From assembly GCA_046541415.1 (NCBI GenBank), contig JBKHDI010000013.1:1064-65063 (forward strand): a stretch of DNA of 64,000 nt, given 5' to 3'. Under the pieces are notes generated by a model. It had not been told where the DNA came from. It made no database searches and saw only the letters and a program-made list of their open reading frames with translations. The translations under genes and the position numbers were made by a program. Shown one piece after another: positions 61,257-64,000 of this stretch; position 1 is the stretch's first letter; each line of letters starts with the position of its first letter. Source of the stretch: Phycisphaerae bacterium. GTDB lineage: Bacteria > Planctomycetota > Phycisphaerae > SM23-33.

Positions 61257-62444
61257 TCAGAACTGTATGCCGGCCTGACCCAGCAGCCGGGCCTCGATCC
61301 GGTCCGGAACGAGCAGCAGGGCGTTGGCAACCGGTTTCTTGAAGAAGAAACCCTTGCCCTTGTCAAGCTGGGCAGGCGCGTCCTCAAGCGATTCGAACAT
61401 CACGCTGTGGATTCGCGCGTTGTTGTCATCGAAGAACTCGACATACATGCGCGGGTTGTTCATCGCCCTCTGCCCGGTGTAGCTGATCCAACCGGTCAGC
61501 AGCCGCTGCTGCTGGTCGTAGTTCAGCGGGACCATCGTCACGATCAGGTTCTCGTCGGTGGTCACGTTGGTCAGGCTGTAGTCGATCCGGTCGATCTTCT
61601 CGGCAACGTTGTACGGTGCGGAGATGGGGATCCGGGTCTTCGGCGGGATGTACTGCACGCTCTGCGGCTTGAGCGGATGGTGCGCGCCGGCCTCGTTGAA
61701 GAAGTAGAACTGCACCGACGCCTGGCGGATCGGCATGTCGTAGTCGTTGCTCAGCAGGGCCACAACGTGACCGTTCGATCCGCCGGTGTCCGAGACACGG
61801 CGTATGCCCTCGATACGGACCTTCGGGTCTTTCTCCAGCTTCGGCCCGGCCGGGGTCTGCGGCTGTTGGTCCGGCGGGTTCTGCTGCTGTTGCTGTTGCT
61901 GCTGCGGCGGGTTCTGCGGGTCCGGCTGGGTCTGTTGTCCGTCCTGCGAGTCTGGGGGACGGATGACAACCACCTGCTCGTCCTGGCCGTTGCCGTCCTG
62001 GCCCGCATCGGCCCGACGGGCGTCTTTGAGATTGCGAAACTCCTCGATCTTCTGGTCGCGCAGTGAGCGGCTGATCCGGCCGGAGAACCAGACCTCCCCG
62101 TCATCGAACTGCAGGTGCAGCGAGGGGTAGAGATACAGGTAACTCGCCACCGCGACCAAGGCGATCAGCACCACCGCCCCGACGATCGTGACCACAAAGG
62201 CCCCCTTCCCCGGTTTGCGGCGGTTTCGCGGATGGCGATGGATCACCGCCTTGTCCCGGGCCGCCGGCTCGGGCCGCTTCTGTGCGGCGGGCTGCTCCTG
62301 CCCGGCCCCGCCCGGGCCGGGCGACTGCGACTTGGTCGAAGCGACGAAGATGCTCTGGCAGTGCTTGCACTTGAGCTTGGCCTTGGTAATCTCGTGGGGC
62401 AGGTGGAGGGTCTTGTGGCAGTGGGGACATTGCAGTTGAGCCAT
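61257..62444 (-). CDS. Zinc-ribbon (CxxC..CxxC) single-pass membrane protein with poly-Gln/Pro linker and conserved C-terminal domain
   Basis: Start MAQLQCPHCHKTLHL...KCKHCQSIF (ATG ending 62444). TM FVVTIVGAVVLIALVAVASYLYL. PQQQQQQQQNPPDQQPQTP. The longer track ORF is rejected. Confidence 0.4.
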   Translation of the reverse strand: MAQLQCPHCHKTLHLPHEITKAKLKCKHCQSIFVASTKSQSPGPGGAGQEQPAAQKRPEPAARDKAVIHRHPRNRRKPGKGAFVVTIVGAVVLIALVAVASYLYLYPSLHLQFDDGEVWFSGRISRSLRDQKIEEFRNLKDARRADAGQDGNGQDEQVVVIRPPDSQDGQQTQPDPQNPPQQQQQQQQNPPDQQPQTPAGPKLEKDPKVRIEGIRRVSDTGGSNGHVVALLSNDYDMPIRQASVQFYFFNEAGAHHPLKPQSVQYIPPKTRIPISAPYNVAEKIDRIDYSLTNVTTDENLIVTMVPLNYDQQQRLLTGWISYTGQRAMNNPRMYVEFFDDNNARIHSVMFESLEDAPAQLDKGKGFFFKKPVANALLLVPDRIEARLLGQAGIQF

Positions 62445-62571
62445 GGTGTTCTCCGTTGGAAGGCGGGACCCATCCAGTGTACAGGCAGCAGCCCGGTGCT
62501 GGAAAGTCCAAACCTTGCAGCCCTCGCCGTGGCGACGTACGATCCGGCGGGGCAGGAAACAAGGAGTCTTC

Positions 62572-63414
62572 ATGAGCGTCGCTGTCCTGGCCGGGCTGAT
62601 CCCCGACCAGATAGAGAATCTGACGGTCTTCCTGATCATCGGTTCGGTCTCGGCCCTGGTTTTCTCCATGGCCAAGAGCGGCTTCGGCGGCGGCCTGGGC
62701 CTGCTGGCCGTGCCGTTGATGATATACGCTTGCGCTGGCAACACCCAGTTCGCACTGGGCCTGATGCTGCCCCTGCTGATCGCCGCCGACTACGTGGCCG
62801 TGCTCAGCTGGTGGCGAACATGGCAGTGGAAGATCGTCCTGCGACTCCTGCCCGGCTCGGCAGTCGGCATCGCCGCAGCCTGGGCGAGCATCCTCCTGCT
62901 GCGAAACACCCTCGGACACACCGGCCACGAAACCACAGACGCGGTGCTCAAGATAGGCGTCGGGGCCATCGCACTGCTGTTCGTCACCCTCCGGCTGATC
63001 CGCTATCTCCGCAAAGCAGAACTGGTCTTCAGGCCCGTAACATGGCAGACCCTCCTGGCCGGAACCTCGGCCGGCTACACCTCCACGCTCGCCCATGCCG
63101 CCGGACCCATCGCCACGATGTACCTCCTGCCCCAGCCGATCAGCAAACAGCAGTTTGTGGCCACCTCAGCGCTGTTCTTCTGGACCGTCAACCAGCTCAA
63201 ACTCATCCCCTACTTCCACCTCGGCAACATCCGCACCGAGACGTTCGGGGCCCTGGTCCTGCTGATCCCCGCGATTATCGTCGGCGCCCTGCTGGGCAGT
63301 TTCCTGCACAAACGCCTCAAAACCACCCAGTTTACCGGCGTAATCTACACCCTGCTGACCGTCGCCGGCGTCGACCTGGTCCGAAAGGGAATCACCGCAC
63401 TGGCAGCCAGCTGA
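62572..63414 (+). CDS. TauE/SafE (TSUP) family membrane permease
   Basis: Eight TM helices with GFGGGLG...PLMIY signature repeat. ATG at 62572 is preceded by AAGGAG. Confidence 0.7.
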   Translation: MSVAVLAGLIPDQIENLTVFLIIGSVSALVFSMAKSGFGGGLGLLAVPLMIYACAGNTQFALGLMLPLLIAADYVAVLSWWRTWQWKIVLRLLPGSAVGIAAAWASILLLRNTLGHTGHETTDAVLKIGVGAIALLFVTLRLIRYLRKAELVFRPVTWQTLLAGTSAGYTSTLAHAAGPIATMYLLPQPISKQQFVATSALFFWTVNQLKLIPYFHLGNIRTETFGALVLLIPAIIVGALLGSFLHKRLKTTQFTGVIYTLLTVAGVDLVRKGITALAAS

Positions 63415-63524
63415 CCGTATGGCCGATAAGAATTCACTGATTTTCTTGCATTGGCCTTGCCGAATTGAGTATGGATCACGTATCTGAAGTCGGGCACGCC
63501 GCTTGGGTAGAAAGGACCTGATCG

Positions 63525-64000
63525 ATGCTTAGACGATTCCGTGGGATGTTCTTCGTAGCGATGGGACTCGTAGCCGCCAACGTCGGCTGCGACAAGAAAC
63601 TCGTCGTCGCCCAGTATCCGGGCTTCTACACGCCGGATCTGAAAGTCGTGGCCATCGCGCCGTTCGAAAACCTCACCGACAACCCCAACGCCGGACGGGC
63701 CGTCTCCGACCAGCTCGCCGCAAGGCTCATGCACAACGGAACCTACCAGGTGCTCGACCGCGCTCGGCTCAACGAGCTGATGAACGAGCAGGACCTGATG
63801 ACCCTCCGCGGCGAGACGCCCCCCGGCCTCGACAGGCTCCAGGGCACCGCCCAGGCGATCCTCGTCGGTTCGGTCACCGCCTACTCCCGGACCAACACCC
63901 GCCCCGAGTCCCGTCGCGACCCCGTCCCCAGAGTCGACCGCAACGGCAACCCCTATACCGACTACGTCACATGGACCTACGTCAAGAACGAGGGCATCGT
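63525..64000 (+). CDS. Lipoprotein, CsgG/LpoB-like fold candidate (partial, runs off window end)
   Basis: Signal plus lipobox VGC. ...VAIAPFENLTDNPNAGRAVSDQLAARLMHNGTYQVLDRARLNELMNEQDL resembles the CsgG/LpoB N-terminal pattern. Tentative. Confidence 0.3.
   Translation, partial: MLRRFRGMFFVAMGLVAANVGCDKKLVVAQYPGFYTPDLKVVAIAPFENLTDNPNAGRAVSDQLAARLMHNGTYQVLDRARLNELMNEQDLMTLRGETPPGLDRLQGTAQAILVGSVTAYSRTNTRPESRRDPVPRVDRNGNPYTDYVTWTYVKNEGI

Noticed and set aside
61840-61920. CAG/CAA-rich tract (ctgctgttgctgttgctgctg) considered as a DNA repeat element
   Set aside because: It encodes the poly-Gln linker of the zinc-ribbon membrane protein on the minus strand. Coding low-complexity, not an independent repeat.

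Overview
This is a high-GC (~65%) bacterial chromosomal window, gene-dense on both strands. The gene content (complete T2SS, several PEP-CTERM proteins, a PTS-Ntr enzyme I, sigma-54 regulation, TPR lipoproteins) suggests a Planctomycetota/Verrucomicrobiota-like Gram-negative, but that is inference only. I found no rRNA, tRNA, CRISPR array or transposase/integrase.

Layout:
- 46-16135: one tightly packed co-directional cluster. exbB(long)-exbB-exbD-tonB-TPR lipoprotein is followed directly by a full type II secretion system (gspD E F G H I J K, an unknown gene, L M) and a closing TPR lipoprotein.
- 16.5-17.8 kb: a XylR/AraC-type regulator, then an AT-richer intergenic region carrying two orphan terminator-like modules.
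- 19.6-21.1 kb: thiC with a TPP riboswitch.
- 21-38 kb: a HExxH PEP-CTERM protein, def, rnc, cls, a GcvT-family protein and rnr. Two tandem PEP-CTERM paralogs have identical 3' ends, followed by lacZ (GH2).
- 38-45 kb: GNAT, three consecutive HAD domains, a YhaM-like HD exoribonuclease, proS and an LpxL-like acyltransferase.
- 45.2-51.5 kb: the most unusual module. Two MinD/CooC-like P-loop ATPases with ferredoxin domains, a DUF5320 protein, three NifX/NafY-like (Nitro_FeMo-Co) domains (one fused to Mrp/NBP35) and a hotdog thioesterase surround a PAS-containing sigma-54 activator. TGGYAC-N5-TTRCA promoter-like motifs and a duplicated palindromic upstream element sit on both sides.
- 51.5-54.4 kb: znuBCA with an upstream ribbon-helix-helix protein carrying a Cys/His tail.
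- 54.5-64 kb: ptsP (GAF-EI-Ntr), a GH28-like protein, two tandem paralogous membrane proteins, a rhomboid-TPR fusion, a zinc-ribbon/polyQ membrane protein, a TauE/SafE permease and a partial lipoprotein.

Many long six-frame ORFs are antisense or alternate-frame artefacts of the high GC content and were rejected.
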